Assembly (NCBI RefSeq): GCF_004010195.1
Contig: NC_057718.1
Coordinates: forward strand, 82,152,458-82,216,457
From: Chiloscyllium plagiosum
Lineage: Eukaryota
Length of the DNA stretch: 64,000 bases
Direction: 5' to 3'
Positions 39,764-49,706 of this stretch are shown here, piece after piece. Position numbers and translations under genes: made by a program. Numbering within the stretch: the first letter of the stretch is position 1; the number at the start of each line of letters is the position of its first letter. The notes beneath the pieces were generated by a model. The model had not been told where the DNA came from. It did not search any database and saw only the letters and a list, made by a program, of their open reading frames with translations.

Positions 39764-39949
39764 ACTGCACCTGCATCGTTGTGCCTGTCACATCAAACGG
39801 CTTGCACACTTGTCTTCTGGCCAGCCGTGGGCATGTACGTCACTTGATGCTTAGGCTCTGCATCTCCTGCAGCTCTGTCCTCGAACCCCACCCCCATAAA
39901 CCACAACAAAGATATAATTCCCGTCCTCACATTCCACTCCACTAATCTC

Positions 39950-40400
39950 CAAATCCAGCCGATTATCCTCCACCATTTTCACAAAGTTTAGCCAAACCTC
40001 ATCACTAAAAATATATTTCCCTCCCCACCCAATTTGCATTTCGTAGGGACAATTCTCTCTATGACTGCCTTGTTAGGTCCAAACCCCTCACCAACCACAT
40101 CTCCACATCTGGCACCTTCCCCTGCTGCTGTAAGAGGTGCAAAACCTGCACCCACACCTCCATTCAAGGTGCTGAAGGATCATTCCACATCTGGCAGAGA
40201 TCTACTTGCAATACCATCGAACCTCATTTACTGCATCCATTGCTCTCGATGTAGTCTCCTCTACACTGGAGAGACTGAGCGCAAACTCACAGAGTGGTTC
40301 AGGGAACATCTCTGGTCTGTACGTATCAACCAACCTCATCTTCCTGCAGCCATCCATTTTAACTTCCCCTTCCACTATCCCCACGACATGTCCATTCTGA
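39950..40400 (+). mobile_element. Penelope-like GIY-YIG endonuclease fragment
   Basis: SNLIYCIHCSRCSLLYTGETERKLTEWFREHL...AIHFN fits the IY-x-YxGET..R..EH pattern. A more decayed relative lies at about 12330-12940. Confidence 0.7.
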
Positions 40401-41720
40401 GCACTTTATCGGTCCAAAGGCAGCACTTAGATTGTGGAGATTCATCTTGTCCATGGATGTCAGCCCTAGAGGGAGCTTCCCAGGTAAAATTAATAGTCCA
40501 AGTTTTGGAGGATTTCTCTATCGATCTTAGTGACAGGACGATCTGGGACAGACTGGTAAAGGCTTTGCATCTTCTTGAGTCTGAAACCAATTCTTTGATA
40601 TGTTTCGACAAGGACATTAAAGGAGGCCTGAAGATTCTCTTCAACAAGAGCAGAAATGACATTGTCGTCCACATATTGAAGTCCGACAAGTGAAGTCAGT
40701 GACGTTCTGTCCTTGAATTTCAACCAGCTGATGTCTCCGCACAACAAAGATCATCCTGGGCTCCCAACTAGTTGCCATTAGACACAGAGTAGAAAAGCAG
40801 CAAACGTAGATGTGATTCCAGCAGAGCTTTTCAAACTTAAGAGGAGCAGAGGTTACCTGTCAGCTCCAAATGTTTTGAAAATCCCAGACAAAGAAGAAAT
40901 CACTGCTGATCTCAGGGATGCTACCATCATCACTGTCTTCATGAATATCCACACCACTGGGAAACTTGTTCTTGACAAGTAGAATGGTGATACATGCAGA
41001 TGGAGAAAACGGTGAGGCAATGACACATCCTGCTTGACCTCAAAGGTTTCTGTCATATTACCATTATTGAGGACTGTTGCCAACATCACAGTGTCGAAGA
41101 GACTGAGGATATTGATCAGATTCATTAGTTCTTGATTCAAACAGTTCACAAAAAAGCTCAACATTAAGTAGCTTCAAGAACCAAGCAGAACTTCTAACAA
41201 TGCCTTCACCAACATTTCCAAAAGGTTAACTTAAATGGAGTGGAGGAAATCTGGAAAAAGCTGAAATTGGCCATCACCTCATGCTGCGAAGAGACCAGAC
41301 GACACAAAGACTAGTTTGATGAAAATGTCCACATAATCCAAGATCTCATCAACAAGAAGGGGACGGCTCTCCATGCCTGGTATAACAACATCGCCACTGA
41401 GGCAAAGAGGACCTGATCAAGTGTATCCTAGGACATTGTGGAAAGTTAGGGAAGAAATTGTAGGGCCCCTAGCATAAATATTTGTATCATCTATAACCAC
41501 GGGTGAGGTGCCAGAGGACTGGAGAGTGGCTAATGTTATTCCTTTATTTAAGAAAGGCTGTAAAGAGAAGCCTGGGATCTACAGACCTGTGAACCTAGCA
41601 TCAGTGGTGGATAAGCTGTTGGAGGTGAATCGGAAAGAGAGACAGAGAGAGAGAGAGAGAAAGGCAGAGTTACAAAGTAGAATCAAAGAAACCAAGAACC
41701 AATGATGGATGCGAATCTAT
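40400..41720. mobile_element. Fragmented RTE-clade LINE, pieces in both orientations
   Basis: Minus strand: LQYVDD..EENLQ..QRIGFRL and NGNMTETFEVK. Plus strand: DLRDATIITVF and HKD*FDEN. Confidence 0.6.
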
Positions 41721-44550
41721 CCTACATTGGTTGACAGAGACCACAATCTTATTTGGAATAAGGCAAATTTTAATGGTTTGAGACAAGAACTTTTAAAGGT
41801 CGATTGGATCCCTTCGCAGATAACGGGATGACTGACAAATGGGAGACTTTCAAAAGTGTGTTAATGAGAGTTCATTTGGATTATGTTCCTGCTAGAATGA
41901 AGGGGAAGGCTAGTAAAAGTCAAGAACTACAAATGAATAAAGATATTCAGGTTCTAATCAAGAAGAAGAAAGAATCATATATTAGATATAAACAACTGAG
42001 ATTAAGTGAATCACTTGATGAGTATGAAGAGTATAACGGCAGCTTTAAGAGGGAAATCAGGAGGGCAAAGAGGATATATGAGATAGCCTTGTCAGATAAG
42101 GTTACGGGGAAATAAATATTGATGTTTTGAAAACAGTTCACATTACAGAACAGGTCTTAAAAAACATAAATCTCTGGGACCTGATCAAGTGTATTCTAGG
42201 ACATTGTGGGAAGTTAGGGAAGAAATTGTAGGGCCCCTAGCATAAATATTTGTATCATCTATAACCACAGGTGAGGTACCGAAGGACTGGAGAGTGGCCA
42301 ATATTATTCCTTTATTTAAGAAAGGCTGTAAAGAGAAGCTTGGGAACTACAGACCTGTGAACCCAACATCAGTGGTGGATAAGCTGTTGGAGGTGAATCA
42401 GAGAGGGGGAGGGAGAGGGAGAGGGACTGCAAAGAGAACGGTTTCAAAATTGTCAACAAAAGCACAATTAGCTTATTAAAATCTAGGGAAGTTTGAAATC
42501 AATGAGGAGATGTCCTACTTGCAAATGAATGAATAATCTCTATCTTAAGGCTACATGGATGCAGGAGCTGCTCAAGGGGAAACTACAGCAGATTCTATTG
42601 TCTATTATTGTTCAATATAAATCTGATATAATACAAGGGATAGTATCTAACTCCCTGTTTAAAATATTCCAACTTTGTGAATGTGATGAAAATGCATCAG
42701 CTGTGGATTTGCCAATCTCAAGAATGTCTTTCTTTTGGGCATGAATGGACAGCCAGTTAGTGTAGAGATGAGGGATTACTTCTCAAAAGTAGTGAATCTA
42801 TGGAATTATTTACCAAAACGCTGTAGAGGCAGTGTCATTAAGTACAAATTTAAGGCTGAAATTGATCACTGGGGAAATCAAGGTTATAGGGAAATGGTAG
42901 GAACATGGCCATTAGGAGGGTCAGATCAGCCATGATCCAACTTCATCAATGGCTTATTCCTGTTCCTATTTCTTATGGTCTTATAATCAAGGTCAAGGTA
43001 GATGGATTTTTAATCAAGAAATGAATTAAGGGTTGTAGGCTTAAAAAAACAGGAAAATGGAGTTGAAGAATATCAGATCAGCCACGTTCTTACTGAATGA
43101 TGAGCAGGCTCAATGGGCTGAAACGTTCCACTTCTGTTACTACATCTTAGTCTTATATATGTAGAAGTTATTTTGAAATAAACTTTTATTTACTTATGCC
43201 TGTTGTTTTATGTCAATTTATTTCCTGTAGATTATAGGAAATAAATCATAACATGTGCAAAGATTTAAAGTTTAATGGGGTTTTGATAATTATGTAGGAT
43301 ATTGATAAATTCTTCTAATTCTGCTTTGAAGAAAGCTCAAGTACATCAAGAAAAGAGAATACTTAATGTCACCACATGACTGCACTGAACAAAGGAACTG
43401 TTGAGAATGAAAAAGTATTCCCTGAAATTTGAAAGAAGCCATAAAAGTGTCCTGTGCCAAATGATTAGAGAATTGCTGGTGTTGCATCATTATTTAAAAG
43501 ATAATTTAAATAATAAAAATAAAGTCAGCAACAATAATTCAGAAAAAAACTAAATTACACAAGTTACATAAAGTAAAGACACAACAAAAATTTATTAAAG
43601 GCAAAAATCAGGTAAACTAACCTGTTTTTGGTGAAGTTATAGAAAGTTCATGAGGGTAATTGAGGGTACAAAAGACTTCAAAATACATTTAATTGGAGTG
43701 TCACACAATGAGCTTGTTAGTAAAGTCAATAATGAATTACAAGAACAACAACATATACGCAACATTCGCTAGGTGACAACAGAGTACTGCTGTAGATAAT
43801 TTAAAACACTTGTTCATGTGTGTTTTAGATTAGAGCACTTGAGTGTAATGGGGTTCCCCAGTGATTGGATACCGTTTGTTTATATATTTTAATGACCATG
43901 AATTGGGGGCACAGAATAGAGTTTCAAAATTTGCAGATTTACTCAAGGTACGTTCTTTAAAGAGAAAAAAAATTGTTCTCTGACAAGGTACCAAGAGAAC
44001 ACTAATTTAAAGGAGCTGGTAACAGAATCAAAGGCAACTTTAGGGTCTTGTGGGGGCCGATCAAATGCGGTTTTCAAAAGAGCATCCGAATGATAACAAA
44101 GGGGAAAAGGGACGGGGAAGCGTAAATAGGTAATTTTTTTCCGGGTGTGATGGACTTTAATATAAAACGGTAATATTGTGTGTGCTGGTGGTTGTTTGTG
44201 GTACGCAGGCGTACACGCGGTGCTGGCAGTTGCTGCAGTCCAGGCCTGATGGAGACGGGAGGCCCAGAGCCGCTGGCGAAAGGCGCCAGGAGACAACGCG
44301 GGGCCACACGCGCCATCCCCTTCACACCGTCACGTGCTCCAACCGTCGCCTCACGAGCCGGTGGGGTTTCGGCTCAAAATCCCGCTGCGAACGAAGCGCC
44401 CTCCCACACCTCAAAGCCCGCATCCTGAAGGGGGTTGGGGGTGTCCACGACTGGGATCAAACTTCAAGCTCCAGTCCGAGGCTGCGTCTGGCCTCGAACC
44501 CCTCGCCCCGCTCTCATTTTAGCGGCTCGAATGCCGTTTGAAATACCCAC

Positions 44551-44646
44551 CTCCCTGTCCAGATGCTGCTTAAAATGGACCCCGGCCACCGTCCCTACTG
44601 TCAGCACCACGGAAACACCGAAAACCGCCTTAGACACTGTCGACAT
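44551..44646 (-). CDS. PET117: PET117 coding exon 1 (aa 1-32, hydrophobic/TM segment)
   Basis: ATG at 44646 gives MSTVSKAVFGVSVVLTVGTVAGVHFKQHLDRE, then donor GAG|GTGGGT (phase 0). It closely resembles the vertebrate PET117 N-terminus (..VLLTAATVAGVHVKQ..) and lies in the CpG island. Confidence 0.95.
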
Positions 44647-44670
44647 TCTGCGGCCTGGAAATCCCGGCCC

Positions 44671-44684
44671 GTCACCATGGAGAC
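44671..44684. promoter_or_regulatory. RFX X-box-like motif, copy 1
   Basis: GTCACCATGGAGAC, a near-palindrome fitting GTYNCCATGGNRAC, about 25 bp upstream of the PET117 ATG. Confidence 0.6.
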
Positions 44685-44788
44685 CGAGACCCCATCAGCC
44701 GAACGCCGAGGACGAGATTCCAGGCGTGAACGGCCGAGTGAAGAAAAGGAGCTGGGCAGAGGGGAAGGTCCAACTGAAAGGAAACACC

Positions 44789-44802
44789 GTCACCATGGAG
44801 AC
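44789..44802. promoter_or_regulatory. RFX X-box-like motif, copy 2
   Basis: Identical GTCACCATGGAGAC 118 bp from copy 1. Confidence 0.6.
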
Positions 44803-45519
44803 CCTGGAGCGCGCCAAGAGTCAGATCTGACTTTGACCACACCTGAGAGCAGACGGACAAAGTCTGAAGCTTCCTTTGATTCTGATTTTGTAATCCTGAG
44901 GAAGAGCCTGTTTCGTATTTGACACAACATTCGGCTGAGAGGTCGATGTTTTTTTTTTAAACTTAGATTATACCGATGTAGTAACGGGGAACTTGGAAAA
45001 TTACAATTCGACTCTACAAAACCATCATGGCGTAATGACAGGGAAATGTATTTGACATTTAAACATTTTTAAGGGTGCAACTGGCTCTGCAGACTTGTTT
45101 TAAAATTGTGGAATATTTATTTTTGCAGAAGGCATTCAATAAAACATTAATGTCGCACGAAATAAATACACAAGATAGGGGTCATGGAATTGTGGTTTCG
45201 TTCAGAATCAGAATATACGGAGGGGACACGAGGTGGCAAAATAATTTAAAGAAGCTTCAAAAGGATTTCAACCAGTTAAGTGGGCGAAATAGCAATTGAG
45301 CAATTTTGATTGGAAGAATGAATAAGCAGAATATTTTTAAAAGCAACTAATTAATGAATGTTGGCATAAGCAACGACATTTTAAGATTGTACAAATTACA
45401 GTGTAAATATGCAATTATAGAGAACAATAAGGAAGGCAAATTACATGTAATTTCAAGCAGGAGAGGTGGCACGTATGGGGAAGGAAGTCTTGTTGCAGTT
45501 TTCTTAAGGATATGAGCAT

Positions 45520-46830
45520 TGCAGTCTAGAGAGCATTTATTGCCCATAGCTAATTTCTCTTAAGGTGGTGGTGAGCTGCCTTCTTGAACCACTGCAGTCC
45601 ATGTGCTGTATGTTGACCCACAATGACCTTACAGAGGGAATTCCAAGATTTTGACCCAGTGACAGCGAACAAACGGTGAAGTATTTCCCAGTCAGGATAG
45701 TGAGTGCTTGAAGGGGAACTTGTAGGTGGTGATGTTCCTATGTATCTGCTGCCTCTATCCTTCTCGATGAAAATGTTTATAAATTTCAAAGTGCTATCTA
45801 AGGATCTTTGAATTTCACATTTTGTAGATAAAACAGTGCTGCTACTGAGCCTTGATACTGGAGAGAGTGGATGTTTGTGGCTGTGTCAGTCTGCTTTGTC
45901 CTGATGGTGTCAAGCTTCTTGAGTGTTATTGGAGCTGCACCCACCCAGGCAAATGGGAAGTATTCGATCGCACTCCTCACGTGCTTTGAGAAATCGAAGT
46001 GAGTTATTCGCCTCTGAACATTGTGCAATCATTGGCAAAAATCCCCACTTATCTTGTGATAGAGGGAAGATAATTAACAAAGCAACTGAAGATGCTTGGG
46101 CCTAGAATACTACCGAGGAACTCCTGCAGAGATTACTGACCTCCAACAACTACAACCGGCTTCCAATGTGCCAGTGTTACTCCTACCAGCAGAGAATTTT
46201 CCCCCGATACCCATTGATTCCAGTCGAGAGTGTGGTGCTGGAAAAGCACAGCAGGTCAGGCAGAATCTGAGGAGCAGGAGAATTGACATTTCGGGCATAG
46301 GCCGTTCATCAAGCTCTTCAATTCTCCTGCTGTGTTTCTCCAGCACCACACTCTCGACTCTGGTCTCCAGCGTCTGCAGTCCTCACTTTCTCCTACCCAT
46401 CAATTCCAGTTTTGCTAGGGCTCCTTCATGCCACATTCAGTCACGTGGTGTTGGTGTCAAGGGCTGTCACTTTCACCTCGTCTCTGGAATTCAGCTCTTT
46501 TGTTCATTAACCAAGGCTGTAATGAGCTCAAGAACTGAGTAGCCCTGGCAGAACCCAAACAGAGCATCAGTGAGCAAGTTATTGCTGAGCAGGTGCCACT
46601 TGATAGGATCATTGATGACAGCTTCCATCACTTTAATGATAATTGAGAGTAGGTTGATGGGGACAGTAATTGGCTAAATTGATTTGTTCTGCTTTTTGTG
46701 TATAGGACATACCTGGGCAATTTTCCATATTATCTGGTAGATGCCAGTGTTGTAACTACTGTAATAGCTTGGCTATGGAAGCGGTGAAATCTAGAGCACA
46801 AGTCTTCAGTATTATTGGCAGAAATGTTAT
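45520..46830 (-). mobile_element. Second LINE family (CR1/L2 group), 3' part; related pieces at about 14810-16600, 23250-24480 and 63590-63890
   Basis: WVGAAPITLKKLDTI, KSWNSL and GLQWFKKAAHHHL. The same sequences recur at the other loci. Confidence 0.6.
46225..46393. mobile_element. Fold-back PLE-terminus element
   Basis: Same family. 17-bp TSD with 2 mismatches (46208-46224 / 46394-46410). Confidence 0.7.
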
Positions 46831-47273
46831 CAGTAAACTTTGCATGGTCAGGAAGTAGAGATCACATCTAGAGTGAGACACAGCCTGAGTGAGTACATAA
46901 TTAGGGAATTTGGTGCAGAGGGGAAAAGATGCTTTTTGCTTGTTTATTTTGAGTCAATTTCTAACTTTTTTTAACCAGGATAAATTGAAGCCCAGGAATG
47001 GGCCCAGCACTTGAGTGACACCACAGATAGTCCATAAACTCATTGGTGATAATTACTAATTTGTCTATGGAAATATTTACAAGGTACAAATTGAAAGACC
47101 TGTATGAATTTTTTTTAATCAAATTAAGAGCTAACTAATTAAAATAGAGATACTGAGCTAGATAATGTGTAGTAACTGCAAGATTATGGTCACTGGCCCC
47201 AAAGTGCTCCCCCACTGACACCTCAGTCACCTGCCCTGCCTTATTTCCCAAGAGTAGGTCAAGTTTTGCACTT

Positions 47274-47458
47274 NNNNNNNNNNNNNNNNNNNNNNNNNNN
47301 NNNNNNNNNNNNNNNNNNNNNNNNNNNNNNNNNNNNNNNNNNNNNNNNNNNNNNNNNNNNNNNNNNNNNNNNNNNNNNNNNNNNNNNNNNNNNNNNNNNN
47401 NNNNNNNNNNNNNNNNNNNNNNNNNNNNNNNNNNNNNNNNNNNNNNNNNNNNNNNNNN
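47274..47458. other. Assembly gap
   Basis: Run of N. Confidence 1.
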
Positions 47459-48642
47459 CTCCACCACCACCCTGTGTCTTCTACCTTTGAGCCAGTTCTG
47501 TATCCAAATGGCTAGTTCTCCCTGTATTCCATGAGATCTAACCTTGCTAATCAGTCTCCTATGGGGAACCTTGTCGAACGCCTTACTGAAGTCCATATAG
47601 ATCACATCTACTGCTCTGCCCTCATCAATCCTCTTTGTTACCTCTTCAAAAAACTCAATCAAGTTTGTAAGACATGATTTCCCATGCATAAAGCCATGTT
47701 GACTATCCCTAATCAGCCCTTGCTTTTCCAAATACATGTTTATCCTGACCTTTAGGATTCCCTCCAACAACTTGCCCACCACCGACATCAGGTTCACCGG
47801 TCTATAGTTCCCTGGCCTGAACTTACCACTTTTCCTAAACAGTGGCACCACGTTAGCCAACCTCCAGTTTTCCGGCACCTCACCTGTGACTATCGACGGT
47901 ACAAATATCTCAGTAAGAGGCCCCACAATCACTTCCCTAGCATCCCACAGCGTTCAAGGGTACACCTGATCAGGTCCTGGGGATTTATCCACTTTTATGC
48001 CTTACAAGATATCCAGCACTTCCTCCTCTGTAATATGGACAGTTTGCAAGATGCCACCATCTATTTCCCTACGTTCTATATCTTCCATGTCCTTTTCCAC
48101 AGTAAATACTGATGCAAAAAAATTGTTTAGTAACTGCCCCATCTCCTGCAGCTCCACACAAAGGCCGCCTTGCTGATCTTTGAGGGCCCTATTCTCTCCC
48201 TCATTACCCTTTGGTCCTTTGTGTTTGTAAAAGCCCTTTGGATTCTCCTTAACTCTATTTGCCAAAGCTATCTCATGTCTCCTTTTTGCCCTCCTGGTTT
48301 CTCTCTTAAGTGTATTTCTACTGCCATTATAGTGTTCTAAGGATTCACTCAATCTCTCCTGTCTATACCTGATATATGCTTCCTTCTTTTTCTTAACCCA
48401 GCCCTCAATTTCTTTAGTCATCCAGCATTCCCTATAACTACCAGCCTTCCCTTTCACCCTAACAGGAATCTACTTTCTCTGGACTCTCGTTATCTCAGTT
48501 CTGAAGGCTTCCCATTTTCCTGCTGTCCCTTTACCTGCAAACATCTGTGCCCAATTAGCTTTTGAAAGTTCTTGGCCTTTCTCCAATTTAGAACTTTAGA
48601 TTTTCGATCTGGTCTATCCTTTACCATCACTATTTTAAAACT

Positions 48643-48807
48643 TCACCTGATGAATTGCCTTCACAATCACAAAACTCCACAATCACCTGATGAAGGAGCG
48701 TCGCTCCGAAAGCTAGTGTGCTTCGAATTAAACTGTTGGACTATAACCTGGTGTTGTGTGATTTTTAACTTTGTACACCCCAGTCCAACACCGGCATCTC
48801 CAAATCA
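48643..48807 (+). mobile_element. Short hammerhead-bearing (PLE-type) insertion inside a CR1
   Basis: TSD TATTTTAAAACT at 48631-48642 and 48808-48819. It contains the intact hammerhead and interrupts the CR1 reading frame. Confidence 0.75.
48684..48718 (+). ncRNA. Minimal type I hammerhead ribozyme motif, intact core
   Basis: cac-CTGATGA-A-GGAGC-gtc-GCTCC-GAAA-GC-T-A-gtg. Stem I cac/gtg, 5-bp stem II, palindromic AGCT in place of stem III. Predicted cleavage after A48715. Confidence 0.8.
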
Positions 48808-49461
48808 TATTTTAAAACTAATAGAGTTATGGTTGCTGTCCCCAAAGTGCTCCCCTCGAACACCTCAGTCACCTGCCCTGCGTTATTTCCCAAGAGTAGG
48901 TCAAGCTTTGCACCTTCTCTAGTAGGTACATCCACATACCGAATCAGAAGATTTTCTTGTACACACTTAACAAATTCCTCTACATCTAAACCCTTAACAC
49001 TATGGCAGTCCCAGTCTATGTTTGGAAAGTTAAAATCCCCTACCATAACCACCCTATTATTCTTATAGATAACCGTAATGTAATCTTACAAATTTGTTTC
49101 TCACTTTTCCTCTGACTACTGGGGGATCTATAGTACAATCCCAATAAGATGATCATCCCTTTCTTATTTCTCAGTTCCACCCAAATAACTTCCCTGGATG
49201 TATTTCTGGGAATATCCTCCCTAAGTACAGCAGTAATGCTATCCCTTATCAAAAATGCCACTCCCCCTCCTCTCTTGCCTCCCTTTCTATCCTTCCTGTA
49301 GCATTTGTATCCTGGAACATTAAGCTGCCAGTCCTGCCCATCCCTGAGCCATGTTTCCGTAATTGCTATGATATCCCAGTCCCATGTTCCAAACCATGCC
49401 CTGAGTTCATCTGCCCTCCGTGTTAGGCCCCTTGCATTGAAATGAATGCAGTTTAATTTAT

Positions 49462-49706
49462 NNNNNNNNNNNNNNNNNNNNNNNNNNNNNNNNNNNNNNN
49501 NNNNNNNNNNNNNNNNNNNNNNNNNNNNNNNNNNNNNNNNNNNNNNNNNNNNNNNNNNNNNNNNNNNNNNNNNNNNNNNNNNNNNNNNNNNNNNNNNNNN
49601 NNNNNNNNNNNNNNNNNNNNNNNNNNNNNNNNNNNNNNNNNNNNNNNNNNNNNNNNNNNNNNNNNNNNNNNNNNNNNNNNNNNNNNNNNNNNNNNNNNNN
49701 NNNNNN
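49462..49706. other. Assembly gap
   Basis: Run of N. Confidence 1.

Larger units (their letters stand above)
44180..44860. promoter_or_regulatory. CpG island / shared PET117-KAT14 promoter
   Basis: The only extended GC- and CpG-rich unique sequence in an otherwise AT-rich, CpG-depleted window. It spans PET117 exon 1. Confidence 0.85.
47180..49461 (-). mobile_element. Relatively young CR1 LINE (EN + RT), gapped
   Basis: HFNARGL..IAITETW, GDFNFPNIDW and DFSKAFDKVPH motifs, well preserved. Confidence 0.9.

Noticed and set aside
44074..44922. Several 80-130 aa ORFs on both strands of the CpG island
   Set aside because: Expected from stop-codon scarcity in GC-rich DNA. No recognisable protein except PET117 exon 1.
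47180..47273. Second copy of the CR1 endonuclease segment downstream of the RT
   Set aside because: It abuts an assembly gap, so a separate insertion cannot be told apart from a mis-join.
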